Below are positions 12,021-25,055 of a DNA stretch of 64,000 bases, one piece after another (position 1 is the first letter of the stretch; the number at the start of each line of letters is the position of its first letter). A program made the translations under genes and the position numbers. Location of the stretch: assembly GCA_951406725.2 (NCBI GenBank), contig OX597828.1, positions 73,036,001 through 73,100,000 of the forward strand, written 5' to 3'. Source of the stretch: Octopus vulgaris (taxonomy: Eukaryota). The notes under the pieces were generated by a model. It ran no database searches. It was not told the origin of the DNA and saw only the letters and a program-made list of their open reading frames with translations.

Positions 12021-12580
12021 TCTGTTGATAATTATACATCTATTAATTTTAGATGGTTAATTTCAGGTTTCTCAGTTTTGGAAAACTGACGTAGAAAGAT
12101 TATGGGATTATGAATGCACCAAACTCAAATGAGACTAAACTAGACCCCAAAACGTGATTATTCAATTACCTAGCCAAAGATTTATCTAATTACCAAACAA
12201 TACCAAAATTATTTTCACTTAAGATTCCATATACACTATTCTAAGGAGTTAACTATTCATCTTTTCTACAACTCAAACATCTTCAGACTCCATATAGCAT
12301 TGATGGAACCTCTTCATGTCCGCTCAAGAAGCTCGAAACAGCAAGCAAATTCTCCCTCAATCCATACCTTCAACCGTTTAAGAAAAGTTTAAGAAAGACA
12401 GGCTTTCGTACAGTTTTTGTTCATATATATTTCTATGTATATTGATATTTCTTAGACATGCCATCTGAGTATAATGTATTTAACATAAACTTCGCTACAA
12501 TAAATAAATAAATAAATGGAAGTGCTGACCTGGTTTTTTATGTTAGAGAGTAATATAATCGCACAATTTTTCTCCTTCAG

Positions 12581-12837
12581 ATATTTTGACTCGAATATCT
12601 TCGCAATGGCGGTGCCGATGGCTGCGCTGAGTAAAGCCCAGTTCAACCTGACCTACAACTACCTGCTTCATCGCCAAAATAACAAATACAAGTTTCCAGT
12701 TTACCTTTTCTTTCGGCAAGGACAATATGTGGACGATGTGGCCGTCAACACTTACTTGTGGGAACCGACGGAAATTATGGGAACGTCCGTGAATCTTTTC
12801 AAAGAACACAATATGCCAGTTGCGAGCATCGAACAAA
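12581..12837 (+). CDS. ITIH-like gene exon (VIT C-terminal part)
   Basis: FAMAVPMAALSKAQFNLTYNYLLHRQNNKY...WEP resembles ITIH [23 protein letters not shown]..GKY...FEP; ccttcag acceptor, GTGAGA donor, phase 2/1. Confidence 0.9.
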
Positions 12838-13059
12838 GTGAGAGACTGACATCTTGTTATTGGTTTGTTTTGTTGTCGTGATGGTTTGAATTCGATATAT
12901 TTTAACGAAAAGGGGCCGAGGAAGGGGTGAACCTGGTCTCGATAAAAAGATGAAACTATCACATTGATTTGGGAGTAAGAGTAGATTGAGGGTGTGTTCA
13001 CATCAGAAGATAGTCGTAGCAACAGAAGGATCTAAGCACCATTCAGCTGCATTTGCCTA

Positions 13060-13275
13060 CAAGGAGGTGCTGAAAGTTCCTGGCGTTAAGAGTATCACGA
13101 AAGGTCTGATTAGAGGCCCCACCTTTCGATTTCTATTGCAGGGTTTAGAGAACTTGAAGGATTGCTGTAATAGGTGTGCGAATCTAAGAAAGGAAATATG
13201 TTGAATAAAATCATAATTAACTGATCCACCTTATTTTCTTTTGCCCAAAGCCAGGAACTTTTCGGCACCCGCTGA
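13060..13275. mobile_element. Mariner-type MITE
   Basis: Terminal inverted repeats ggtgctgaaagttcctggc / gccaggaacttttcggcacc with TA near the ends. Confidence 0.65.
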
Positions 13276-13306
13276 TATATGTGAGGACAGATGTATGCGT
13301 GTATGT

Positions 13307-13689
13307 GGAAGCACTCCGTCGGTTACGCCGATGAGGGTTCCGGTTGATCCGATCAACGGAACAGCCTGCTCGTGAAATTAACGTGTAAGTGGCTGAGCAC
13401 TCCACAGACACGTGTACCCTTAACGTAGTTCTCGGGGATATTCAGCGTGACACAGAGAGTGACAAGGCCGGCCCTTTGAAATACAGGTACAACAGAAACA
13501 GGAAGTAAGAGTGAGAGAAAGTTGTGGTGAAAGAGTACAGCAGGGATCACCACCATCCCCTGCCGGAGCCTCGTGGAGCTTAGGTGTTTTCGCTCAATAA
13601 ACACTCACAAAGCCTTGTCTGGGAATCGAAACCGCGATCCTATGACCGCGCGTCCGCTGCCCTAACCACTGGGCCATTGCGCCTCCACA
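13307..13689 (-). mobile_element. tRNA-derived SINE
   Basis: Copy of 10300-10686. Confidence 0.88.
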
Positions 13690-14238
13690 ATGCGTGTATG
13701 TATACATACATGCAAACTTGTGCACACGCACGCACACACATGCGCATGCACACACACACACACACTCACACATACAAATAATACACACGCTGCCATATCT
13801 TTCCGATATATAAATCTCTCGTCACATAAAATACTTGATATTGTAACAATTTTTGAAGGAATAGATTTAGATACATGTTCTCTTACAAAACGCTTTCACT
13901 GTAAAATTAAATTTCAATGTTGTTCCAGTTACGATGTTAAATATCTACGAAAAAATAGAAGAATGGTTATTTTCTGCAAGTGACGGTACTTCAATAAACT
14001 AAAATTTGTTTCAAACATGACATTCTTTGACAAAACTGTTTTCTGCAGTTAAGGGCAATGAAACTTTTACTGGATATACTTGCCTTCTGCAGTAAAAGGA
14101 TTAACTATACTGGGTATTAACGCAAGCCATATATAGAGATATTTTACCAAATATCTTAAAGCAATGCTCCAGAGACATGATTCTTGATGTTTACAGTTTG
14201 TACCACCATCATAGTATCGGAAAAGAATTTCAACTATA

Positions 14239-14640
14239 TAGGCGTAGGAGTCGCTGTGTGGTAAGTAGCTTGCTTACGAGCCACATGGTTCCGAGTTCAG
14301 TCCCACTGCGTGGCACCTTGGGCAAGTGTCTTCTACTATAGCCTCATGCCGACCAAAGCCTTGTGAGTGGATTTGGTAGATGGAAACTGAAAGAAGCCAG
14401 TCGTATATATGTTAATATATGTATGTATGTGTGTATCTGTGTTTGTCCCCCCCCCCCCGCTAATATCGCTTGACAACCGATGCTGGTGTGTTTACGTCCC
14501 CGTAAACTAGCAGTTCGGCAAAAGAGACCCATAGAATAAGTACTGGGCTTACAAAGAATAAGTCCTGGGGTAGATTTGCTCGACTCAAGGCGGTGCTCCA
14601 GCATGGCCACAGTCAAATGACTGAAACATGTAAAAAAAAG
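14239..14640 (+). mobile_element. tRNA-derived SINE, full length
   Basis: A/B box head, internal TA/TG tract, tail ggcggtgctccagcatggccacagtcaaatgactgaaac. Confidence 0.88.
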
Positions 14641-15129
14641 TATATTTAGACATAACTGCACATACATTTAAATATCTCTCTTGTTTATAATACTGTTGCA
14701 ATATCGACCAATTTGTGCCAAGAGTTCTATGCGTTTAAGCGAAGCCTTGTCGTACGTAGCATAGGATGAAACCAAAACATTTTGCAAATCTTCTCCAAAG
14801 ATTTGAACATTTTAAAATATTTTCATTATGACTGACCATCATTTCATATCTCAGGTTTACAGGAAAACGATAATTTGATTAATTTCTTCCTTGTAATTAA
14901 TTTCTTAATTGTAAACTCGGAATATTTTAATTGGTGGTAATCCACAGACACATTTCTTTCTCTCCACAGATGAATGTGTTAAGCACGTGAAACATTAGCC
15001 CTAATATCAGGAGCAATTTCAAACAAATATTTTATTTAATATCTGTTACGTTATTATACCCTAATGTCTTCGCATTTATATTGTTCCAGTGGCTTATAAA
15101 ATAAGGCTTGTTATTGTTATTATTGTTGT

Positions 15130-15431
15130 TGCATTAAAGCTCACAGCTTATTTTGCTGGGTGTGATGGAAAGTGTCAGCCGTCCACAGGCAGCAGACTAA
15201 GGCGACACTTGTTTATTGGTCATCCTCCAAGAACTTTGCGGAAACTTCTTGCAGTTCCGAGCAATGCTGATTTTTGTAGGTGTTCTACCTTCACACTTGC
15301 ACCGATCTTTTTCAGCCATGTTGGTAGTTGAGTGCTGATACTTCCAACTGCACCAATTACTATCGAGTATCACGTCTGTTCTCTTCATTGACCACAGCCT
15401 TCGTATTTCCCACTTCAAGTCGTCATAATGG

Positions 15432-15432
<1 letters not shown>
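15130..15432 (-). mobile_element. R4/Dong-type LINE 3' fragment (restriction-like endonuclease C-terminus)
   Basis: KWEIRRLWSMK and frameshifted ALLGTAR..RKVL; abuts (TTA)n. Confidence 0.75.
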
Positions 15433-15494
<62 letters not shown>

Positions 15495-16049
15495 GAGTGA
15501 GAGAGCAGTTCATGCCATCAAAGTGACACTGGGGTAAAATATACAAAGCCCAATATACCCATCATGACTACCCGTCTGATAAGGGTACACCAGACACATG
15601 CATCACAACCGTGTGTGCGCGACATGGTGATCTCATATCAAGATAAACAGCACATGATCTTGCAGGTGGGGCCCAGTTAGAATTTTCTTCAGGTTGAGTA
15701 GCCCATCCCGCTCAAAAGGTCCCTGAATAAGGGTTGTTTAAGGATATTGAAAGAACCACCCATGTTTCCAGAGGTGAATTATTCAAACCCCAAAGAATCC
15801 CTCTCAACACATGGTTATGATGCTCCCCCACTACTTCTGCTTGTGATCAGAGATGCACATATCGTCAGCCACTAAGGGACATGCTCAACTGCTTAAGGTC
15901 AAACAACTGACAAGCAAATCTGTGGTATTGAGCAGAATATTTGCTGTAGCCCATCTTTTATACCAAGACAAAACAATGTACATGATAACATTTCCAATCA
16001 GTTAAGATCAGAAGCCATGAGAGCCACTGCCTGGTACTGCATCAGGGCA
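15495..16049. mobile_element. Non-coding element inserted in (TAA)n; partial copy at ~23915-24055
   Basis: Sharp boundaries into (TTA)n on both sides; second copy in window. Confidence 0.7.
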
Positions 16050-16071
16050 TTATTATTATTATTATTATTAC

Positions 16072-16108
<37 letters not shown>

Positions 16109-16123
16109 ATTATTATTATTATT

Positions 16124-16274
<151 letters not shown>

Positions 16275-16282
16275 ATAGTAGC

Positions 16283-16343
<61 letters not shown>

Positions 16344-16572
16344 TTATTATTATTATGAAGGCGGCCAGATGGCACGCTGACCAAAATGCCTTGGGACATT
16401 TCGTCCTTTATACATTTACAGTTCGAATTCAACCGCTGTCGACTTTGCCTTTCTTCCTTTTCGGGTAATTGAAATAAGTAACAGTTTTAAGCTCTGAAGC
16501 CTATGTAAGCGACCATCTCCCTCCCCCAAAATTTCAGTTCTTGTGCTTATAGTAAATAGTATTCTTCTTCTT

Positions 16573-16686
<114 letters not shown>

Positions 16687-16687
16687 T

Positions 16688-16773
<86 letters not shown>

Positions 16774-16787
16774 GTTATTATTATTAT

Positions 16788-18621
16788 TCAGTAGTTTTAT
16801 TTTTATTTTTATAGCGTGCTTTCACTTCACTACCGAGCGCAGCTCTGTGTGCCTTGGGTATGTGCTGTGATTTGTTGTGATGCTCTGATGGTTATTGTAT
16901 GGAAAGTGTTCTGCGTAGGATGTGTGCAGTGCCTAGTAGTGCAATTTTCTGTATGTTATATGTGTTTGTAAGTCCTGGTGTTTTTGTTATGTATTTGTCT
17001 GAATATTTTTTTATCATGCCTAATGCACCTACTATGATAGGAATTGTTTCTGTTTTCAGATTCCACATTCTAGTTACCTCTATTTCCAGGTCTTTGTATT
17101 TTGAGAGTTTCTCCATTTCTTTTAGAGACACGTTGTCATCTGCCGGTACTGATACATCAATTAGAAAGCATTTTTTTCTTCATGGTCTCTGACAACTATA
17201 TCTGGTCTGTTGGCCTTAATTTCTCTATCTGTGTGTATCGGCATATCCCAGAGTATGGTTGCTTTCTCGTTTTCTGTGACCTTTTCTGGTGTGTGCCTAT
17301 ACCATCTTTTTTCTGTTGTTATTCCATAATGTTGGCATAGCTTCCAATGTATGTAAGTTCCAACTCTGTCATGTCTGTGAATATATTCCTTCTTAGCCAG
17401 GACTGGGCAGCTAGAGATAATATGATTTATTGTTTCTTGTCCATCTCCACATATTCTGCAGTTACTTGTAATATTTCTTTTCATTACATGTTTTTGGTAA
17501 TTTCTGGTGGGGAGGCTTTGGTCTTGTGCTGCAATTAAAAATCCCTCTGTTTCTGCTTTGAGTCCTGAGCTTCTCAACCATTGCTGGCATTTTTCTTTGT
17601 CTATTTCTTTTGCGTTTAGTTTAGTGCAGTATTTACCATGAAGGGGCTTTTCTTGCCATCGTTTTATCATGGTTCGTTGCTGTTCTATTTTTAGTTTGGA
17701 TTTCATTTTTTTTATAGCTTTTGTTGTTTCTTCATCTTCTTCTTCTTTTTCTTCATATTTGTTAGGTGGTATGATTTCTTGTTTGTATTTGTCAGCTTCC
17801 TTAAATACTGAGAACAGCTTTTTTGCTTTGCTCGTGTTTTGCCGCTATTTGTATAATTTTTTCCTTGCTTCTGAAGTAGGTATTTTTTTCAGTCCTATGG
17901 TGGTTATTTTATAGTAGTTTTCCAGCTATATAAGGCCTCTACCACCATCTCTACGTTGTATATATAACCTTTCTATGTCAGATTTTGGGTGATGCATCCT
18001 AGATCCTGTCATTATTTTTCTTGTTTTCCTGTCTATTTTGGTCAGTTCATTTCGTGTCCAGTTAAGGATATTGTAGCTGTAACTTATAACTGGGACAGCT
18101 AAAGTGTTGATACCTATTATCTTGTTTTTAGCATTGAGCTCTGTGTTTAGTATTGATCTAACTCGTCTATAATATTCTTTTTTTATTTTCTCTTTCATTT
18201 GTGTGTGTTGTGTCTTATCTAGTTCATGGATTCCTAAGTATTTGTAAGTTTGGCTTTGGTCTAATTCTTTTATTTCATTTGCTTCATCTAGTGTGATGTT
18301 GTTACTCTTAACTAGTTTTCCTCTTTTCATGGTTACTTTGGCGCATTTTTCTAATCCAAATTTCATATCTATTTCTTTGGTAAATCCATGAACTGTCTTT
18401 AATAGTGTTTCCAGCTGTTTGTCATTTGCAGCGTATAGTTTTAGGTCATCCATATATAAAAGGTGACTGATCGTTTTGCCGTAACATTTATATCCGCATC
18501 CAGTTCTATTTAGCATATCAGATAGAGGTGACAGTGCGAAGCAGAAAAGGAGTGGAGAGAGCGTATCTCCCTGGAATATTCCTCTTCTAATGGGGATGTC
18601 TTTGGTTTTCATGAGTCCCTC
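16788..18621 (-). mobile_element. 5'-truncated R4/Dong-clade non-LTR retrotransposon (RT + CCHC + RLE), frameshifted
   Basis: GIFQGDTLSP, YMDDLKLY, YKYLG, CRIC..ETINHI...C, RHD, RPD, EK..KY..L, IVGALG motifs; (TAA)n on both flanks. Confidence 0.93.
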
Positions 18622-18640
18622 TTATTATTATTATTATTAA

Positions 18641-18691
<51 letters not shown>

Positions 18692-18699
18692 TATTTTAT

Positions 18700-19045
18700 T
18701 GCCTTTGCACAGCTTCTAGCGCTGAAGCTGTACTAGGGTGTCAGCTGTTCACTACCAGTGAACTAAGGTAACACCCCTTGTTTTTTAGGAACCATTCGGA
18801 GTATGCGAGCGGTTCCAAGCAGTGCTGTCTTCTACTACAAGCGCTCCACCCTTATTGCAGCCTTTATTTGTTCCATGTACTTTTCATGTACTTTTCCCTG
18901 GGCTCCGATAACTATTGATACTACCACCACCTTTCTCAGTGACCACAACTGCTTAACCTCCCAAGCTAACCCGTCATATCTATCGACTTTTCTTTCTTCC
19001 TTTTCGCATAACTTGTTTTCAGCTGGACATGCTGTTTCCTTTGTA
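18700..19045 (-). mobile_element. Another R4/Dong 3' fragment
   Basis: RC encodes EKKVDRYD.LAWEVKQLWS...VVVVSIVIGA and KTALLGTAR. Confidence 0.75.
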
Positions 19046-19234
19046 TGCTTTCCTTCTCAATTAGCACTATATCTGATTTCCTATTATCTATCTCTTGGTC
19101 ACACTGAATCATAAAATCCCATAGGATATTGTTGTTGTTGACATACCTGAACCATTAGCACGCCGGACACAATGATTTGAAGCATTTCGTCTTTGTTCAC
19201 GTTCTTAATATTGTTTATATTTTTATTTTTTTAG

Positions 19235-19389
19235 AGTTAAAATCTGATCCGAAAATTCACCGGAAATCTCCAAATAATATCCATATAACATACAAGACTT
19301 CTTTGGGTATGATCAGTAATTTATTTACTAGAAATTTGTTACTGGAATATTCTTTGAAACAAAATCGCAAATCTTCAGGAAATGTCTTG
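19235..19389 (+). CDS. ITIH-like gene exon (linker before vWA)
   Basis: ttttag / GTAAGT, phase 1/0, bridging 12837 and 24407; NIHITYKT...NLLLEYSL...GNVL resembles AHI.FKP...LIIRYDV...G.IQ. Confidence 0.85.
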
Positions 19390-21134
19390 GTAAGTTTAAC
19401 ACAACATTTATTCTCACCCTTATCTATTAAAAAAAAAAAAATCAAATGCTGAGAGCTTTGCGAGTTCCGCTTTATAGTTCGCCATGAAAGCTTGTGGCCT
19501 TATGGTTAAGGTGTTGAATCACGATATCAAGGTCATGACTTCAGTTCCAGGATCGGAAAAAGGAGCGTTATGTACTCTTCATTTTCACAGAACGCCGGTC
19601 GATTTTTATTCATTTAGAATAACCAAAGGACTGACTAGTATCCCCGTTCAAGGAGGATCTCGATCAGTCATCTGCCATGAAAACTATGTAATGTATATGT
19701 TGTTTGGCACTCCGTCGGTTACGACGAGGGTTCCAGTTGATCCGACCAACGGAACAGCTTGCTCGTGAAATTAGCGGGCAAGTGGATAAGTACTCCACAT
19801 GAATATAAGAAGCTTCTAAAATATTGTGTGTGCACACCGAAAAATACGTTAAGTTATTCACAACGTCACAAAACCTTCCCTTTCGTGTTTTCGGGGTCGA
19901 TGAAATAAATACCAGTTGAGTAATTGGGATTGGTGTAATTAACGAGATTCATTTATCTTTAAATCATTTTCTAAACCATAGTTTTAATTAAATTTGAAGT
20001 AAAAGAAATTATATAATTATTTGTATTTAGATGTAGTATTCAGATATAAGGTTTAAGGTTAATATTGGTTTCAACTTTTAGCACAAGGCCAGCAATTTCC
20101 GGTGATGTTAAGTCGATTATATCAAAACCAATGATCTGTATAAAGGATATATCAAGAATATACCCTTTATACTATAAACACAGGGACCAAAATTTTGGGG
20201 CAAGGATCTAGTCAATTACATCGATCCCAGTGCTCAACAGGTATTTATTTCAACGACCCCAAAAAGATAAAAGGTAAGGTTTGGCAATGTTGTGAATAAC
20301 TTAACGTACCTTTTGGTATGTGCACACAATAGTTTAGAAGCTTCTTATATTTATTCATATTTTATATCTTTTACAAGTATCAGTCTTGGAATTACCACCA
20401 AGCCGGGAAACCACCTTATTTTACCGACCTCGGGAGAATGAAGGGCAAAGATAACCTCGGCAGAATTTGAACTTAGAACGTAAAGACGGACGAAACACCG
20501 CGAAGCATTTTCTCGGCGAACTAAAGATGCTGTCAGCTCGTCGCCCTGATTAAGTTTAACATTGACTTGAAATTTTGGCACTGGGCCAGCAAAAGCGGGC
20601 GAAGGGGGTAAGTCGATTACATCGACCCCAGTACTCAACTGGAACTTATATTATCGACCCTGGAAACGGAAAAGTCGTCCTCATCGGAATTTGAACACAC
20701 GGCATGCTAACGAATTTCGCTGCTCTTGATTAAGTTCCATATTAAGTCTTCTTCAGAATACTTTCTAATCAAAAATGATAAACCGGAATCAAAATCTTCT
20801 GCTTCCTTCAAGAATTTTGTTGATTACCAATTTGCTATGTTCTTAAAGACATTGAAGTACTTACGAAGAGGTTTCATCTTTCTTATTTCACCCATGAGGA
20901 TGCGGCCATGCTGGGTCACCGCGTTGTTAAGCTTTTAGTTGAAGAAATCGAACCCAGTACTTATTTTTTAAAAGTTTGTTACTTATTCTATCCGTCTCTT
21001 CTGTCGAACCGCTAAGTTATAGGGACAAAAACAAACCAAGACTGATTGTCAAATGATAATAGTCGTGAATCAAGCACACACAGAAAGACACAAACACACA
21101 TACATACATACACAAGCACACATACACACACACA

Positions 21135-21191
<57 letters not shown>

Positions 21192-21227
21192 ATACAAGAG
21201 TTATGGAATGGAGTAGGTAGATCCGGT

Positions 21228-21310
21228 CCAGATACGTTTCATAGCGAACGGAACCTCAGAAGTGGTAAATATCCAAGCGCGGTGTATACTGCCGGTTATT
21301 CTTCAGGCCA
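21228..21310 (-). ncRNA. Degenerate hammerhead with long stem II (homolog at 53837-53925)
   Basis: RC CTGAAGA-ataac...gctat-GAAA-cg-TA; stem I pairs poorly. Confidence 0.45.
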
Positions 21311-21781
21311 AGGATACCTTGTTTGAATTAAAAGTTACATTGTCGCAAGAACGTACATGTGGACGCAAGGCAGATCCAATCAGAATGTGTTGAGAGCACA
21401 GCATGAGAGGGGTATATAAAAGTCGGAAGGAATAAGTATTAGAAGAAGGGAAGAAGGAAGAAAATATAAGGGAGTGGGAAGAAGGAGGACTTAAAGGAAG
21501 CCAATTGACTGGTGTTAAAACAATGGAACAGTTTTGGCTGTTTCACCGAATTCGGTAAGGAGACTGGTATTTGAAGAAAATATCATTTGGAAGGAAGAGG
21601 ATGAGGAAATATTTTTGGTCAAGATGGAGAAAGAAAGTGTGTATGAAGAAAGCAAGAGTGAGGAATTTATGTACGGTTGTTTGACTGGTGGCATTCAAAA
21701 GTCTTTTATAGCCGAATCACAAAAATTACCTGGGGAATTGTATTGGAAGGAAAAAAATATGTGTGTGTATATATATATATA

Positions 21782-22749
21782 TAATTAATCAATATAGGGT
21801 GGCAAAAAAAAAATTTTGTAGAATTCTTTTGCCACCAGCGGCCTAGTGGGAAAAAATTTAAATAGTCATAAACCATTTTTAAGTTCAACATTAACAATCA
21901 AGGAACGGCCATAATAGGCCATTCACCCACTAGAAATAACAGCCAAAAGCTTTAACCGCAAAATAACGTCAATTCCGTAAACCAGGAGAAAATTGAAAAA
22001 CATTTACCCTGTAATTTCTTAGACGATGCACCGTTTCATCTTCTGTTTAATGGAAAACTAACCTGATTAAATTAAATCAAGCCAATCTACCATAGGCCCT
22101 TAGATTCATCAGTAAGAAATAGCCAAACCGGAACAGATATTTTTCACGAGGCATTCTCATTGCTACCTCGTCAATATCTGACCTAAAATTTTCAAATCGT
22201 CGCACTCGCGCCAAATTTATCGGCAGCAAATAAATATAAGCCGCCGATTCCATTACGGAATTAACCAGAAAATTCATAATTAATCAATATAGGGTGGCAA
22301 AAAAAAAATTTTGTAGAATTCTTTTGCCACCAGCGGCCTAGTGGGAAAAAATTTTAATAGTCATAAACCATTTTTAAGTTCAACATTAACAATCAAGGAA
22401 CGGCCATAATAGGCTGCCGATAAATTTGGCGCGAGTGCGACGATTTGAAAATTTTAGGTCAGATATTGACGAGGTAGCAATGAGAATGCCTCGTGAAAAA
22501 TATCTGTTCCGGTTTGGCTATTTCTTACTGATGAATCTAAGGGCCTATGGTAGATTGGCTTGATTTAATTTAATCAGGTTAGTTTTCCATTAAACAGAAG
22601 ACGAAACGGTGCATCGTCTAAGAAATTACAGGGTAAATGTTTTTCAATTTTCTCCTGGTTTACGGAATTGACGTTATTTTGCGGTTAAAGCTTTTGGCTG
22701 TTATTTCTAGTGGGTGAATGGCCTATTATGGCCGTTCCTTGATTGTTAA

Positions 22750-22750
<1 letters not shown>
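21782..22750. mobile_element. Second retrozyme/Penelope-like locus: ~1.3 inverted copies of a 495-bp unit plus a forward partial copy, flanked by (TA)n
   Basis: taattaatcaatatagg recurs at 21782 and 22277; strand switch at ~22412; diverged homolog of 3761-4462. Confidence 0.88.
22520..22626 (+). ncRNA. Type I hammerhead ribozyme with extended stem II (mirror on - strand ~22014-22120)
   Basis: atttctta-CTGATGA-...-GAAA-cggtgcatcg-TC-taagaaat; predicted cleavage after 22618. Confidence 0.85.
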
Positions 22751-22791
<41 letters not shown>

Positions 22792-22869
22792 GGGAAAGTT
22801 TACGAAAGAAAACAAAAGACGAAGACAGGTGGTGTACAAAACAAACAGATGTATTAGTATAACGCTCAG

Positions 22870-22940
<71 letters not shown>

Positions 22941-22946
22941 TATATG

Positions 22947-22982
<36 letters not shown>

Positions 22983-22988
22983 TATATG

Positions 22989-23034
<46 letters not shown>

Positions 23035-23055
23035 TATATATATATATATATATAT

Positions 23056-23726
23056 CAAAGCAATTAAGATTCAAGTAACTTCCAATGAATTTACTTGAAT
23101 GTGGTACTTAACTTAGATGCACCAGAAAAACTATATGGTGTTATCCATACAGTAATGTGGGGTGATTATAAACGAGAAAGAAGCAACAAGAATGGATTGG
23201 TTTTTAGTACAATTGTTTCATACAAAGACAGGCTTTATTACAAGTTGCAAAAATTGCAGCAGATAAAAGTGTCCCGTACTCATCAGCTAAAATACATTTG
23301 AGTTCTCTAGACATCTTAGTGGGTGAGGTTATACTCATGAGATATTGGAGATAGTTCCATTAGAGGCAGATATAGGTTGTAAACAGTTTTCCAAAGTTCC
23401 TTAATGATGATGCACAGTCTTATCACAGATATTCATCTTCTCTTCGAAACTAATAAGTTTTTTAAAAATCTGTGATAAGACTGTGCATCATCATTAAGGA
23501 ACTTTGGAAAACTGTTTACAACCTATATCTGCCTCTAATGGAACTATCTCCAATATCTCATGAGTATAACCTCACCCACTAAGATGTCTAGAGAACTCAA
23601 ATGTATTTTAGCTGATGAGTACGGGACACTTTTATCTGCTGCAATTTTTGCAACTTGTAATAAAGCCTGTCTTTGTATGAAACAATTGTACTAAAAACCA
23701 ATCCATTCTTGTTGCTTCTTTCTCGT
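23056..23726. mobile_element. (TA)n-flanked fold-back element with ~259-bp inverted arms
   Basis: 23172-23430 is the reverse complement of 23468-23726; related ends at 48755-49030 and 52110-52175. Confidence 0.9.
23606..23696 (+). ncRNA. Type I hammerhead with extended stem II (mirror ~23202-23292 on -)
   Basis: ttttag-CTGATGA-gtacgggaca...tgtctttgtat-GAAA-caattg-TA-ctaaaa. Confidence 0.85.
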
Positions 23727-23751
23727 ATATATATATATATATATATATGCA

Positions 23752-23856
<105 letters not shown>

Positions 23857-24406
23857 GAGGGGAGAGGATGGGGAAATTTTTCGGTTAGAGGGAGAAAGAC
23901 TAACTGGGGAAGATCAAACAACTGACAAGCAAATCTGTTGGTATTGAGCAGAATATTTGCTGCAGCCCATCTTTTATACTAAGACGAAACAATGTACATG
24001 ATAACACTTCCAATCAGTTAAGATCAGAAGCCATAAGAGCCACTGCTTGGCATTTATCCTCTTCCTCCTCCTCCTCCTCCTCCTCCTCCTCATCATCATC
24101 ATCATCATCATCATTATCGTTATTATTATTATTATTATTATTATTATGATTATTATTATTATTTCTCCAATCACTTAGAGAGGGAATGTGAAACCTATGG
24201 TCTTTTCAAGACGTCCGGAATCTGTCGAAAAAATTTGGTATTCGTAAACTGGAGACCTCCAATCCTAATACGTACAAAAATTTGACGTCTGTGAAAGACA
24301 GCCATGACCGAGATTGAAATGTGAAAGTGAACGATTAATAGATACCGATTTTTCTTAAAATTATGTAACCGTTCTTTGTATATTAATTTCTTGCTTGTCT
24401 TTCCAG

Positions 24407-24692
24407 TGGAACAACAAAGAGGGACTGATTTTCTTCTCACCTCGACGGTTGAAAGCGTTTCCAAAGGACATTATCTTCACCATTGACTATACTGATTCCA
24501 TGAAAGGCGAGAAATTGTCCGAAGTGAAAAAAGCATTATCCAGCATATTACGAATGACCTCCTCAAAAGACCGGTTCAAAATTCTTTTATACAACAAGGA
24601 CGTGTACCAATGGTCTTATGGTTTGCTGCCTGTTAGCTCCCGCAACATTAAAGTGGCTTTCGAGTTATTTAAGAAGATTATGCCGAGTGATA
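24407..24692 (+). CDS. ITIH-like gene exon (vWA N-terminal half)
   Basis: FFSPRRLKAFPKDIIFTIDYTDSMKGEKL..VKKAL..IL......DRF resembles ITIH FAP..L...PKNVVFVID.SGSM.G.K; ttccag/GTAAGT, phase 0/1. Confidence 0.93.
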
Positions 24693-24720
24693 GTAAGTAA
24701 TCAGTTATGTGCGCTTACTT

Positions 24721-24770
<50 letters not shown>

Positions 24771-25055
24771 CTACTACGAAGGTTTACATATATACTATGC
24801 CTGGGAAATGACATTTTATCATTTAAATGAAGAAGTTAAAACAACGTAAAGTTGCCGGTGTTGTCGCCACGTTTGAAACAATAAAAGTCTAGCTGCTCAC
24901 TTTTAAATCTCCTTTACGGCTTGCTCCATCAAGTATAACTTAGGCTAAGCGACATCGAGATGGAGTTTCCAAAATATCTTTTTTTATTTAGTATTTCTAT
25001 GAAATTTTGTGTTCTTTATCTTATTTTTCTGTTATTTCTAATTTTTATTCTGTAG

